From Bacteroidales bacterium (GTDB lineage: Bacteria; Bacteroidota; Bacteroidia; Bacteroidales; F082), in the NCBI GenBank assembly GCA_018399335.1, contig JAGYNM010000001.1, positions 119-64,118 on the forward strand: 64,000 nt of DNA, read 5' to 3'. Position numbers and translations under genes: made by a program. How positions within the stretch are numbered: the first letter of the stretch is position 1; each line of letters starts with the position of its first letter. Below the pieces are notes generated by a model that was given only the letters and a program-made list of their open reading frames with translations, ran no database searches and was not told the origin of the DNA. Below, in pieces: positions 40,255 to 52,100 of the stretch.

Positions 40255-41463
40255 CTAATTCAACGTTATACCAATAGTCAATCTTTTTGGCTGAAAGGTA
40301 TAAGTTAGTTTTGCATTGGCGTCATCAAAAAGACGTTTTGAAAAATTAAACTTCTCAAATTGCTCACCTTCTACCAAAACCAATAACTGCCACCAGCTGA
40401 AGGCATTATTGCTTAATAAGACCTCGACATCTTGTTTGGGAACAAATGAAATTTGCAAAACAAACTTGCTTTCAAGCTTTGAAACCGAAAGGTCAACAGT
40501 TTGATCCTGATCAGCTAAAATGAGCACCCAATTCAAAAGCTGTTCCGTTATTAGCTGAACTGAAGTTTGATTGTTATTAAGCATTTGACCTGAAGAAGGC
40601 AAATTCAGCTTCAGATTTCGTTCTTCAAAAGCCATAGCTTTTTCATTTACAAGGCTTTGAATCAAAGCTGACCAATCAAAACGCTGAACAGATTTACCTT
40701 CCTGAAACTCGTTTGCCTGATTTGTTCGGATCAAATCATTAATTACCAGATCCATTCTGCCAATAGCATGCAATAATATTGATGCATATTCTCTTACTTC
40801 CGGATTGAGGTCATTATAAGAATCGATCATTTCAGCCATACTTTTAACGCTTGTCATCGGATTTTTTAATCCATGGATAATAACGCTCAACAACTGTTTC
40901 TTTTGGTTATTAAGCTCCTCGAGGCTTTCATTTTGTATTTCAAGTTGAGCCTTTTGATCCTTAATTGCTTCGTGCTGGCTTTCAATTTCTTGCTTTTGCT
41001 TGCTGATCTTTAAATAGCTTTTGGAAAGCTTTTCTTCCAAATCATTCATATCACGCATGCGCTTAATCTGAAGCTGAAGCATTCCCATCAAAAGCTCAGG
41101 ATAATCCTTTAAAAATGTCATCAATGCTAATCGATCCAAAACCAACACAATACATTGACTTTCAGTTGTTACTGAAGCCGAGCGGCTTTCAGTATCAAAT
41201 AACGCATACTCTCCAAAAACTTCACCAGCCTTAAGACGTGCAATCACATGGTTACCATCATGTACGCGAACTTCTCCTTCGGCTAATATGTACATGTTAT
41301 CACCCTGATCCCCTTTTTTGAAAAGCAATTCCTGAGCCCTGGTTTTATGTTCTTTAAGCAGGCTTGCCAATTCAGTTAAGGCTTTTGTGCTTAATGCACT
41401 AAAAACAGAAATCTTACTCAATAATTCTGCGCGTTTAGTTGTTTCGATCAACATTTCATCCAT
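40255..41463 (-). CDS. Cyclic-nucleotide-binding domain protein with coiled coil, HisKA dimerisation domain and degenerate kinase catalytic domain
   Basis: N-terminal cNMP-binding fold (LFKKGDQGDNMYILAEGEVRV...GEVFGEYAL), a long coiled coil, and the H-box LSVIIHGLKNPMTSV. The C-terminal about 130 aa lack recognisable N, G1 and G2 boxes. Confidence 0.7.
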   Translation of the reverse strand: MDEMLIETTKRAELLSKISVFSALSTKALTELASLLKEHKTRAQELLFKKGDQGDNMYILAEGEVRVHDGNHVIARLKAGEVFGEYALFDTESRSASVTTESQCIVLVLDRLALMTFLKDYPELLMGMLQLQIKRMRDMNDLEEKLSKSYLKISKQKQEIESQHEAIKDQKAQLEIQNESLEELNNQKKQLLSVIIHGLKNPMTSVKSMAEMIDSYNDLNPEVREYASILLHAIGRMDLVINDLIRTNQANEFQEGKSVQRFDWSALIQSLVNEKAMAFEERNLKLNLPSSGQMLNNNQTSVQLITEQLLNWVLILADQDQTVDLSVSKLESKFVLQISFVPKQDVEVLLSNNAFSWWQLLVLVEGEQFEKFNFSKRLFDDANAKLTYTFQPKRLTIGITLN

Positions 41464-41576
41464 GAGTTGTGCTGATTGGGTTTAGAAAATGTAAAACTAA
41501 TATAACTCCATGTCCCTTGCAATTTTTTTGCGGCATTCCTTAAAACGGATCGATCTTACAAATTTATCCAGATCAA

Positions 41577-42178
41577 TTAAGTATCTCGCCCAATTTTCAA
41601 GCGTTCTAAAACTTGTGCACTTTCTTTTTCAATATCAGGGAAAAACAATCGAAAATCCTGCTCAAAATCCAGGTAATTGTCTCTTAGAAACTCAACTGCA
41701 TTTTCCATTCCCGAATCGAATCGCGTACGGCGCGACATCCCATTAAACACCCGCTGCAAATCATATAAATTAGCATAACCAGTAAGCCAATTTTGAGCAA
41801 TCATCCAGGGCAGAATGCGTTTTGAGCGCGGAGGCAACTTCGAGAAATTTTTGATAAGTGTTTTATAAACTCCTGACGAAAAAGCTGACAGTTCCGTTGA
41901 ACTATAATCTGCCCAGTTTAGGGCCAAAAAATGGTCAAAATAAATATCGATAATCACAGGAGAAAACTTATAAAAAACTGGTTGCAGCCGTGCAACGCTG
42001 CCTCTAACCACTTCATGCTGATCGGTATAGGCATCGATAGCCCTGTGCAAAAAAACACCAGTCCGTATACCTCCATCGTATTGGTCGAACATCTTACCCT
42101 TGATGCTATCGGCTACAAAATTTCCTATAAGTATCTGGGGATCATCACCAGACAAAAAAGCATGCGCTAAAAAATTCA
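41577..42178 (-). CDS. acpH: Acyl carrier protein phosphodiesterase
   Basis: (V)NFLAHAFLSGDDPQILIGNFVADSIKGK is the AcpH N-terminal signature. I prefer the GTG start at 42178 over the upstream ATG at 42221. Confidence 0.7.
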
Positions 42179-42298
42179 CGATTGATTTATTCTTGATGGC
42201 AAAAATACAGAATATGCCCAAGTAGTTGATCTTCCAATAGGCTTTATTTAGAAAGGTTCTGATTTACTGCAACCGATTGTTGAAACCGCTGGTTTTGT

Positions 42299-42306
42299 TA
42301 TTTTTG
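42299..42306 (+). promoter_or_regulatory. Candidate -7 box (TATTTTTG) for iorAB
   Basis: Exact TAnnTTTG, 50 nt upstream of the ATG at 42357. Confidence 0.45.
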
Positions 42307-42356
42307 TAACAACTTATGAATTAATTAAAAAAGCTATAAATCATACACTTAACACC

Positions 42357-43971
42357 ATGCAAAAACTACTTTTACTAGGTGATGAAGCGATAGCCCAGGC
42401 TGCCATCGATGGTGGCATGTCGGGGATTTACGCCTATCCGGGCACGCCATCAACCGAAATCATGGAATATGTGCAAGCCTCAAAAGCTTCTAAAGAAAAC
42501 AATATCAGAGCCTTATGGTCTGCAAACGAAAAAACAGCCATGGAATCAGCGCTGGGTATGTCGTACGCCGGAAAGCGGGCGATGGTTTGCATGAAACATG
42601 TTGGCCTCAATGTAGCCGCCGACGCCTTCGTTAATGCAGCAATAACAGGTGCCAATGGTGGTTTGGTTGTTGTGGCTGCTGATGATCCTTCGATGCATTC
42701 TAGCCAAAACGAGCAAGACTCCAGGTTCTATGGTAAATTCTCTCTAATTCCGATGCTTGAGCCTTCGAACCAGCAGGAAGCCTATGATATGACACGCTAT
42801 GCTTTTGAGCTTTCGGAAAAAATGCGTATTCCGGTTTTACTCAGGATAACAACCCGATTGGCTCACTCACGTACCGGAGTTGAGTGCAGAGAAGCAGTAC
42901 CACAAAATGAGTTAAAACTTCCTGATAATTTGCGTCAGTTTGTGTTGCTACCTGCGATTGCCCGCAAACAATATCGCGAATTGCTTGGCAAACAGGAACA
43001 ATTAGAAGCTGCTTCCGCCGAAAGTGGCTACAACCGCATCATCGAAGGTTCTGACAAAAGCCTTGGAATTATCGCTTGTGGACTGGCAAACAACTACTTA
43101 CTCGAAAACTATACCGAAACCAAACTCGAAAATCCTGTTTTGAAAGTTGGACAGTACCCTATACCTCTCGATCTGGTGAATGAGCTTTACGACAGCTGCG
43201 AAGAAATTTTGGTTCTGGAAGACGGTTATCCCATCATCGAAGAACTCCTGCGCGGGATGCTCAACAAAGGCAAGACTATCAAAGGCAGGCTCGACGGCAC
43301 TTTACCACGTGATGGAGAACTAAACCCTGTAATTGTTGGAAATGCCATGGGCATAAAGCATGATCAAGGAGCAGCTGTTCCTGAAATCGTAAAAACCCGC
43401 CCTCCAAAACTTTGTGACGGATGCTCACACAATGATGCATTTCTGGCTTTAAATGAAGCACTTAGCGAATATGGACGCGGTCGTGTTTTTAGCGATATCG
43501 GTTGCTATACACTTAGCGCACTCGAACCTCTGGAAGCCATCAACAGCTGTGTGGATATGGGTGCCAGCATCACCATGGCAATTGGCGCTGCTGATGCCGG
43601 CCTTGTGCCAGCCGTTGCTGCTATCGGCGATTCTACCTTCACACACTCTGGAATAACCGGTCTGTTGGATGCTGTAAACAATAACAGCCCGATCACAGTA
43701 CTCATACTTGATAATTCAACAACAGGAATGACAGGAGGACAAACCTCATCTGCATTCGGAAAAATTGATACCATCGTGCGTGGATTAGGTGTTCCGGAAG
43801 AGCATATTCGTGTGCTTAAACCACTACGCAAGCATCATAAGAAAACACAGCAATCATTAAAAAGAAGAGCTTGCCTATCAAGGTGTTTCGGTAATTATTC
43901 CGCGCAGGGAGTGTATTCAAACCCTTAACCGCCGCATGCGCCAAAAAGCGAGGCGAAAGCCATGGATCTAA
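42357..43971 (+). pseudogene. iorA: Indolepyruvate:ferredoxin oxidoreductase alpha subunit. Two closely spaced indels near codon 495 shift the last about 40 codons.
   Basis: N-terminus LLLGDEAIAQAAIDGGMSGIYAYPGTPSTEI and TPP-binding GDSTFTHSG. The expected C-terminus ELAYQGVSVIIPRRECIQTLNRRMRQKA is readable in another frame and ends at TAA 43969-71. Confidence 0.8.
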
Positions 43972-44562
43972 CCTAAAAGTGTTTAAAGCATCAGAAAAGA
44001 TATCATTTTAGCCGGAGTTGGAGGACAGGGAATTTTAAGTATCGCCGCTTGTATAGGAATGGCAGCACTGGAAGAGTCAGCCTGATAGCCGAAGTGCATG
44101 GTATGAGTCAACGTGGTGGAGCAGTGCAATCTAATCTGCGTCTATCATCAAATCCCATCGCATCGGATCATTTCAGGGGGCGTACGAGACATAATTCTGG
44201 CTGTTGAACCAATGAAGTCCTTGCGCTATCTGCCAATGCTCAATAAAAACGGATGGATGAGTACCAGTACTTAAACCCTTTTAATAATATCAAAGATTAT
44301 CCTGAGATTGAACAAATAATGAAAGAAATATGGAAACGGCAAATATATCACTTTGGATGCCGATGCTATGGCTAAAGATTGCGGTAGTATTAAGGCTTGT
44401 AAATATGGTAGTTTTAGGTGCTGCTACACCATTTTGGGTCTAAAGCCAACTAGCATCGATAGTGCTGTTAAGGCTATTTTTGGGAATAAGGGTGAAGAAA
44501 TTGTACAACTTAACCTCAAAGCAATTCAGGCCGGACGCGAACATGCCCTTAAACAGTTATAA
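43962..44562 (+). pseudogene. iorB: Indolepyruvate:ferredoxin oxidoreductase beta subunit, fragmented by multiple frameshifts
   Basis: Pieces DIILAGVGGQGILSIAA, AEVHGMSQRGGAVQSNLRLS and ILAVEP, plus the intact tail (ORF 44353..44562, ...LNLKAIQAGREHALKQL), are readable in different frames. Confidence 0.7.
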
Positions 44563-44586
44563 AACAAAATCTAAAACTGTAAAAAA

Positions 44587-44619
44587 CTGCGTCAGAAATT
44601 TGGCGCGGTTTTTTGCGCC
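44587..44619 (+). terminator. Terminator-like hairpin after iorB
   Basis: CTGCGTCA pairs with TGGCGCGG (two G-U pairs), followed by T6. An alternative GGCGC/GCGCC stem spans the T-run. Confidence 0.45.
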
Positions 44620-44708
44620 TGTTAAGTATTTTTAAAATTGAAGCTTTGTCTAAGGATTCGTGTGCAAATTGTATTTTGCAAACAAACTAATCTACTTTAA
44701 CTTTAAGC

Positions 44709-46029
44709 ATGCGAAAAGCTTCATTTTCTCAAATCTACTTATTTCCTAAAAATACCTTTTTCTTTATCATAATTGGGTTAAATCTTTGTTCTTCTTCAAA
44801 GTTGTACTACAACAGAACAAGAAACTTCAACTCTAACAAACAGGAAATTGAACCCTCAGAAGAAATCCAGAAACCCTGCTTTATGATATTGTGGTCGACT
44901 CATTGATTATTGAGCATGGGCAAGTTGGCTACAATCAGTTTCTGGCTGATATCCTGCTTTCGAAAGGCGTAAATTATAATGTGATTGACCATATCGCCCG
45001 AAAACATCAATCCGTTTTTGATGTGAGGAAAATCAGAGCAGGTAATCAATTTACTTTTCTGTTAGCCAACGACTCAGCGAAACACCCTTGTATTTTATTT
45101 ATGAGATAGATTATACAGATTATGTAGTTTTAAGCTAACAGACAGTTTAACAGCCCGAAAAGGTTACAAACCAATTGAACGAAAGATTGAAACTGCCTTT
45201 GGCACGATCAACTCATCTTTATGGAATGCTATGACAGATGGCAGGTATAATCCAAATCTTGCTAATGAGCTTTCGGAAGTCTATGCCTGGACAATTGACT
45301 TTTTTGGCATTCAAAAGGAGATCAGTTTGAGGTGATGTACGAACAATTATACGTAGATAACAAACCTATCGGAATTGGAAAAATTCTGGCATCCAGGTTC
45401 CAGCATTACAATAAAGACATGTTTGCTTTTTATTTTGTTTAAAGATGATGTTGGGGGATTACTTTGATGAAAACGGACAAAGCCTGATGCGTACTTTTTA
45501 AAGCCCCTTTAAGTACAATCGCATCCAGTTCAGGCTTTTCCAATGCCAGATTTCACCACATGCTCAAGAATTTATCGTCCTCATCACGGTGTTGATTATG
45601 CTGCACCATCAGGAACTCCGTATATGCAATCGGCGAAGGGGTTGTGACACGCAAAGGTTATCAAAAAGGTGGCGGAGTAATTATTTGTATATCAAGCACA
45701 ACGGAACCTACACCACAGCCTATATGCATCTAAAGGGATTTGCAAAGGAATTGCGCAAAGGCGTAAGGGTAAGTCAGGGACAATTGATAGGTTGGCGGCA
45801 CAGGACTTTCGACTGGCCCACACCTTGATTTCAGGTTTTTAGAAACGGGAATGCAGTAAATCCGCTTACAGTTGAATCACCTCCGGCAAAACCAGTTGAT
45901 TCAGCAAATCTGGAAAAATACAATGCACATGTTGCCAACTGGCTTTCGAAACTTAACCTTTTAAAAGCCACGGCTGATGATAAAAGAAAAGGTGAGAAAA
46001 AAAATGATATCGAAAACCCAAAAAGCTAA
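44709..46029 (+). pseudogene. M23 family metallopeptidase (peptidoglycan DD-endopeptidase-like), fragmented by many frameshifts
   Basis: PHHGVDYAAPSGTP, YMHLKGFAKELRKGVRVSQGQLIG and TGPHLDFRF (HxxxD and HxH metal motifs) are readable only across several frames. ORFs 44709, 44891 and 45589 are pieces of it. Confidence 0.7.
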
Positions 46030-46030
46030 A

Positions 46031-46056
46031 AAGTCATCCCCGCAAGGAGATGACTT
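46031..46056. terminator. Bidirectional hairpin (GCAA-type loop) between the M23 gene and a convergent OMP gene
   Basis: AAGTCATC (46031-38) pairs with GATGACTT (46049-56). A-rich upstream and T-rich downstream on both strands. Confidence 0.6.
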
Positions 46057-46080
46057 ATTATTAGCTTAAAACTTCAGTTA

Positions 46081-46857
46081 TTATCTTCTTCTTTTTTCAG
46101 TATAAATACCAATGTGCAGCCTGAGGCTGTTAAGATTTACATCATATTGCTGTGTTTCCTCATCAGGGCCATTTGGATACACTGCCGGATCTTCGGAAAT
46201 ATCAAATTCATAGCCACCATTGGCCATCGTATATTGAACGCCAAGCACAAAACGTCCGAGTGCAACATTCAGCCCCACTCCTGTTTGAAGCGCAATAACA
46301 GGTTTTGTGGGTTTATAAAATGTATCATCCTGATCAATATTACCCACGAAGCCGCCATAACTGGCCAAAACACCTATATTCCCATAAAGATCTACTTTAG
46401 CAAAATCAATAAACTCAAGCCTGATATCAGGTCCGAGTTTAAGATCAGCAAAGAAAAAAGGTAATTTCAAGCCCTCAAAATTAGGTGGCACATTGAAATC
46501 GTGGATAGAAACCCCAAATCCAAAACTGGAATATAAACCAATATTACCAACGCCATTAAACATAAAGTTATCATCGAAAAAACGAAAGGCGCCACTCTCA
46601 ATCATGGCACCCCACTTTGGCCCTGCTCCAGTTTTAAAAGGACCATAAGTATAGTTAATCTCTGGTGTCATATCAGGCATAAAATAGACAAAATGCGTAA
46701 ATTTAGTTTTAAATGCTCCTGAACCGCCTTTTGAATATTCTTTAGGCGCTTGCGTTTGCTGTTGCGGCTCAGTAGGAGCCTCTCCCGTATATACCTGAGA
46801 AAAAGCAAATAAAGGCAGACCGATAGTTAAAATAAGTAAGGCAACTAAACTTCTCAT
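46081..46857 (-). CDS. Hypothetical outer-membrane protein (signal peptide, beta-rich)
   Basis: 258 aa with signal peptide MRSLVALLILTIGLPLFAFSQ and Gly/aromatic-rich alternating segments. Confidence 0.55.
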   Translation of the reverse strand: MRSLVALLILTIGLPLFAFSQVYTGEAPTEPQQQTQAPKEYSKGGSGAFKTKFTHFVYFMPDMTPEINYTYGPFKTGAGPKWGAMIESGAFRFFDDNFMFNGVGNIGLYSSFGFGVSIHDFNVPPNFEGLKLPFFFADLKLGPDIRLEFIDFAKVDLYGNIGVLASYGGFVGNIDQDDTFYKPTKPVIALQTGVGLNVALGRFVLGVQYTMANGGYEFDISEDPAVYPNGPDEETQQYDVNLNSLRLHIGIYTEKRRR

Positions 46858-46873
46858 GATTCAAATTTTTGGA

Positions 46874-47554
46874 TTACAAACGACTTTGGATTTCGGAAGT
46901 CAGGTTGGCATATTTACGCAAAACACGATCCCACTCTCTAAAAAGCTCATCAGCTTTTACGCTGGTAAGAGGTTGACGCGAGATTTCACTTACCAATTTG
47001 ATTTTAAATGACAAAGGATCCTCTGAGCCCAATTTCACAATAATTCTTGTACGAATAGTATTTTGGGTGTAGGATTGAACTTCCCAGGAAGTCCTTATGT
47101 AACCTGTTTCCTTATCCGTAATTTCAATGGCATCAATGTAGTTAACTACAATTTGGTTAAGCAATTTCCAGGCATCATCATACGATTTTTCCGTACGAAC
47201 TTCCATATCCACATTAGCGATATCAAGCTGTACAGACGCATCATACGAATCATCCCTGCGCATTTCGATATAATACGTCTTAGGTAATTTGGGAGAATTT
47301 TTCCTGTTACAAAAAGTAACAACCTCTTCCAAAAAGCCAACCTTTTCGGCTTTTACAGTCACACAGCTATTATCTAACACAACAATATCCACGCGACCTG
47401 TTCCCATTCTCACACCGTCAACATAAATAGTGGCATCACTTTCGGAGGCACTCACCTGCACTTTACGTTTACCAGCAAAGGCATCTGAAGCCCCCAGCAA
47501 AAGCAAAAAAGACAAAAACAATAAACTAAAATTTCTGATTTTCATTGAATTCAA
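46874..47554 (-). CDS. Secreted protein with PEGA-like N-terminal domain
   Basis: 226 aa with a signal peptide. SASESDATIYVDGVRMGTG...VTVKAEKVGF resembles the PEGA beta-sandwich motif. Confidence 0.5.
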   Translation of the reverse strand: MNSMKIRNFSLLFLSFLLLLGASDAFAGKRKVQVSASESDATIYVDGVRMGTGRVDIVVLDNSCVTVKAEKVGFLEEVVTFCNRKNSPKLPKTYYIEMRRDDSYDASVQLDIANVDMEVRTEKSYDDAWKLLNQIVVNYIDAIEITDKETGYIRTSWEVQSYTQNTIRTRIIVKLGSEDPLSFKIKLVSEISRQPLTSVKADELFREWDRVLRKYANLTSEIQSRL

Positions 47555-47664
47555 TTTTGATGATTATTTAGATTAATTCTAAGTTGCAAAAATAGAACAT
47601 GAAACCATTCAACCAAATCTTTTTCTGAAAATCAATAAAAATCAATTCAATTTTGTTGAGAACA

Positions 47665-47697
47665 ACTAAAAAAAGGAGCCCTTTTGAGGCTCCTTTT
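47665..47697 (-). terminator. Rho-independent terminator downstream of the SusD-like gene
   Basis: GGAGCC (47675-80) pairs with GGCTCC (47687-92). On the minus strand the stem is followed by T7. Confidence 0.7.
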
Positions 47698-47717
47698 CAA
47701 ATAAGAGTTTTTAAAAA

Positions 47718-49175
47718 TTATTCAACATCCCAGAATAATTTTGTGCTCAACCTATCGCCACCAATCTTGGAAGCAGCAGCATTATAATTAACACCATTCA
47801 GTGTTTGCTCTGCAATGGCATAGGTATGTCTGTTTGGAACCATACCATCAGCTGATTCAGCAGGGGTTGGAGGTAAGTTAAAGGCAGGTGCATCCATTCT
47901 TCTGAAAGATGTCCAGCCTTCTAATCCGCGAACATAAAACGCTACATACGCTTGTGTTCCGATTTTTTGTTTCCAGTCGCCAGGTGCTGTAGCATAAGCC
48001 ACTTCAGGTTTTGCAAGATAAGCATCAACATCAGCTGCAGCTACATGCCAATAATCCATTGACGATTTAATTGCATTTTCATACCATGTTGCGGCATCAC
48101 CACCAACACCAAAGCCACGCTCAGCTGCTTCGGCCAGATAGAATGCTAATTCGGTGTAATCAAGCATTACGTATGCATAGGTAGCTTCCTGAATGCGTGG
48201 AGCAATATGCGAAAACTGTGTGAAGGTATTACTTTCACCATAAATACCGCCTACATAAATAACATTGTCATTGTCGTCGGTAATGTTGCTGTCAAAATAA
48301 GATGCCCTTCTGGGATCCTCAAGACCATTCATCAAGTCAACAATAGTATTGGCAACAACAAAGTCGCTACGACCACTTTGTACCAGATCCTCATACAAAG
48401 GGTTTGAGTTAGCAGCGCCAAGGTAAGCGAAAGAAGCTGATTCACCATAAGCAAAAGCACCTGCATAAGCACCTTCGATGTATGTTTTAGCCATTGCAGC
48501 ATCAACAGGCGAAAGTGTAATTGCAAGTTTTACAATTAAAGTATTAGCAAACTTTTTCCACATCGCAATATCTCCACCCATTAACAGGTCGTCAGCACCA
48601 AATCCTGCTGCAGATTCATCAAGACCATCAACAGCAGCTTTTGCGCGAACCAACAAGTCTTTATAAATGGTTTCGGCATCATCATAAGCTGGAGAAATAT
48701 TTTCGATATCCAATGCTTGTGTATAAGGAACATCGCCAAATATATCAACCAATTGCTGATAGGTATAAACCTCCATGAGGTCAATCATAAAGAGTTTATT
48801 GGCTTTTACTTTTTCCGCAGTAGCTCCGTCAGCTTTTTCAAGTTCCACCAAACGGCGGGCTTCTTTAAAATCTGCAAGAATATCACGGTAATAAATTCTA
48901 AAAAGAATAGTACCTACGTTACGGTTTACTACATCGTAGTTTGCCTCATCGGTATAGGTAGTTTCTGTCCAATACTGGGCAAAAAGCTTCCAATTGTTGA
49001 TATTCACATTAGTACTTGAATTTACATCTGCCAATGCTTTTTGGGCATTTGCAAATAAAAACTGGCCAGGAGCCTCAACAGCGCTCTTTTTGTCAGTATT
49101 ATAGTCTTCGAAGTCCTTTGTGCAAGAGACCAGAAAACCCATCAATATTATTAGAAGAAATGTTAATTTTTTCAT
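47718..49175 (-). CDS. SusD/RagB family nutrient-binding outer-membrane lipoprotein
   Basis: 485 aa with lipobox LVSC. Lies immediately downstream (12 nt) of a SusC-like gene. Helical TPR-like composition. Confidence 0.85.
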   Translation of the reverse strand: MKKLTFLLIILMGFLVSCTKDFEDYNTDKKSAVEAPGQFLFANAQKALADVNSSTNVNINNWKLFAQYWTETTYTDEANYDVVNRNVGTILFRIYYRDILADFKEARRLVELEKADGATAEKVKANKLFMIDLMEVYTYQQLVDIFGDVPYTQALDIENISPAYDDAETIYKDLLVRAKAAVDGLDESAAGFGADDLLMGGDIAMWKKFANTLIVKLAITLSPVDAAMAKTYIEGAYAGAFAYGESASFAYLGAANSNPLYEDLVQSGRSDFVVANTIVDLMNGLEDPRRASYFDSNITDDNDNVIYVGGIYGESNTFTQFSHIAPRIQEATYAYVMLDYTELAFYLAEAAERGFGVGGDAATWYENAIKSSMDYWHVAAADVDAYLAKPEVAYATAPGDWKQKIGTQAYVAFYVRGLEGWTSFRRMDAPAFNLPPTPAESADGMVPNRHTYAIAEQTLNGVNYNAAASKIGGDRLSTKLFWDVE

Positions 49176-49187
49176 ATGTCAAAAGGA

Positions 49188-52100
49188 TTAAAATTGTAAA
49201 TTAATGCTGAAACCTACATTGCGCAATGATGGCATTACACCGCTCTGCCATCCCTGAACGTTACCAGAGCTCTGGCTTGCTTCAGGATCGGCGTGAGGAA
49301 GATCTTTAGAGATAATCCAAAGGTTTGAGCCAACAATACTAAATGTTGCACCTTGAATCCAGTTATATCTGGCCATAAGTTTTGCGGGAAGGCTATAGGA
49401 AATAACAACTTCACGCAATTTGATGTAAGTGGCGTCGTAAACGAATGCTTTGTTTGGGTTTTGACTGTAACCCCACACTGCATAGTTATTACCATTAACA
49501 CGTGTTGTATTTACTTCACCGTCTTCGGTAACGCCTTCCAGGATTAATCCACCACCATCGTCCAAACTGTTACGTACAGGATTTCCAAGATCATTGATGT
49601 AAACTGTTTCTTCATACAATCCTGTGGCCATACCGTACCAGAGGTCGAGTGAGAATACACTACCGCCTTGCTGCCAGTCGATCAGGAAGCTACCAGTCCA
49701 GTTTTTGTAAGTAAATTTATTATTCAAACCAGCATTCCAATCAGGATTAATGTTCCCAATAATCTTATCAGAGCTTGTAGTTTTCATATAGTAACCATTA
49801 GATTTAACAGTTTTTTGTCCATTGGTATAAACATAATCTGTTCCTGAATAGTTCCATAAGGTTCACCAACACGTGCGTTAATAGTAACACCACCTTGCAA
49901 AGCAGCTTAAGCTGCAGGTTATCAATACCTTCTGCCAATGATATTACCTCGTTATTATTCTTTGCCCAGTTAAGGGTAACATCCCAACGGAAATCTTTAT
50001 TTACGACAGGTGTTCCAAATAACATAATTTCAACTCCTTATTCTGGATTTCACCGGCATTAACGAATTTTGATGAATAACCAGTGGCAGTTGGAAACAGC
50101 AACAGGCATAATTTGGTCTGTGATATTATTCTTGTAAACAGCCACATCAACACCCAATCGCTTGTTTAGTGTTATCAACTCAAAACCTGCTTCAATACTT
50201 GAGATTTCTCAGGACGCAAGAAACTCGTATTTTTTGTAATTGGCAATGAGAACAAAGCAGTTCCGCCAAAAGTAGTATTCTGTGCATAAGTATCTTTTAT
50301 ACTACCACAGGGAGCATCATTACCTACTTGTGCGTAGTTAGTCTCAATTTACCTAATTGAAGCCAGCTAGCATCAAATTATTAGAGAACAACCAACTTGC
50401 GAAACTGAAGGATAAATATAAAGCATTTTCATCCTCAGGCAAAGTAGATGACTGATCGCGACGGATAGTAGCGTCAAGGAATAAGAAGTTTTGTATCCCA
50501 ATGAGGCACTGGCGAAAATACCATTAACACCAATTTCCTCAAGACTTTCAGGGTTACGCGATGGGTTAACACTGTTAGCCAATGAATATTCAGGGAACAA
50601 TCAAACCACCGTCTGTTGAGGCAAAAACCTGATCAATTTTACTGCGACGAATGTTTGTTCAACCAAAGCATTAAGGTTCAAATCTTCAGTTAACTGATTG
50701 TAATACTTCAGCATCAAGTCCATATTACTTTCCATGAAGCTTCTGTCCGAAACGTGAGTAACCTGAAGTTACATCAGGACGTCCAACACCAAATTCACCT
50801 GAACCAGATCAATTGCTTTGCGCTCTTCTGTTCAGCGTAGAGTATCAATTGATGCTCTACCCTCAGGCTAGAGTGATCATCAATTCTCCAATCAACCTGC
50901 ATATAACCAATAATACGGTCTGCTTGTATCCTGTTTGATAGTTTTCGTGGCCCACCCAGTAAGGGTTGTCCCAATAGGCAGGTCTCAGATCTGTAGGAGA
51001 GTTCGGATTCCGGGTATTACGACCTGAGATATCATAAAGTGTTTCCTGCATTTTCAGGTCAACATTTGTTTGAACCACTGACGGAATGAAGGAACGATGT
51101 TATCACTATAACCTGTTGAGTTTTCTTCTAAACCATCGGTTTTAATGTAATTAACTGAAGCAGAAACAGTAAAGATTGTCAACGATGTCATAAAGATCCA
51201 TTGAAGAGGTATTACGTTTGAGAGAACTGTTTGGCATCAAACCTTTCTGATCAGATTTGTGTATGACAAGCGGAAAGTTCCATGTTAAACACCACTAACA
51301 TCAACACTATTTGTTAAGGAAATAGGTGTTTCGAAAATACTCTGGTCCATTGGCTCCAACAGTCCATGGTGTTTTTCTTGAGGTAATTAGGTGGGGGCAG
51401 GATCGTAAGCATCATATTGATACAAAGAAGCTTGGATCAAATTTCTGACCTACAGAGGCATCCTCTGTTGTTAGAGACTGTATAATCAAAACCCATCTCC
51501 GTCAACATCATAATCAATTGGGAAAGCAGGATACGGATCGAAGCTCCATAATAAGGGCCATAACCAGCACCATACTGATCTGATATTTTGGGAAGAATTG
51601 CTTTTGTCCAAGAAATCCTGTTGTAACGTTTGAGTTAACAGTTACTCCAAAAGCCTTGCTTCCGCCAATTTGCTTTTCCTTTTTGGTAGTAATCAGCACA
51701 ACACCATTGGCGGCCCTTGAACCATAAGAGCAGTTGCAGCAGCACCTTTAAGGATGTTCATCGACTCGATATCATCAGGATTGATGTCCGGAAGCAGCAT
51801 TACCGTAGTCATAGCCATTGCGACCAGAAATCTGACCTGAGTTGTTGGTGTTGCATTGCTGATCGGCACACCGTCTACAACAAACAATGCCTGGTTGATA
51901 CCCTGTGTTAACGAAGAGTTACCACGAACCAGCAATATTGGCAGAGCCACCCATATTTCCAGTTGAGCGAACCTGAACACCAGCGGCGCCCAGAGTGCGT
52001 AACAACGTTTTCGTTTAATGGTGCTGGAGTTCTCTCCGGGAAACTTCTTGCATTAACTGCTTGGGGATTTCTTTCTCTGCAAATACCAGAGCCGTAACTA

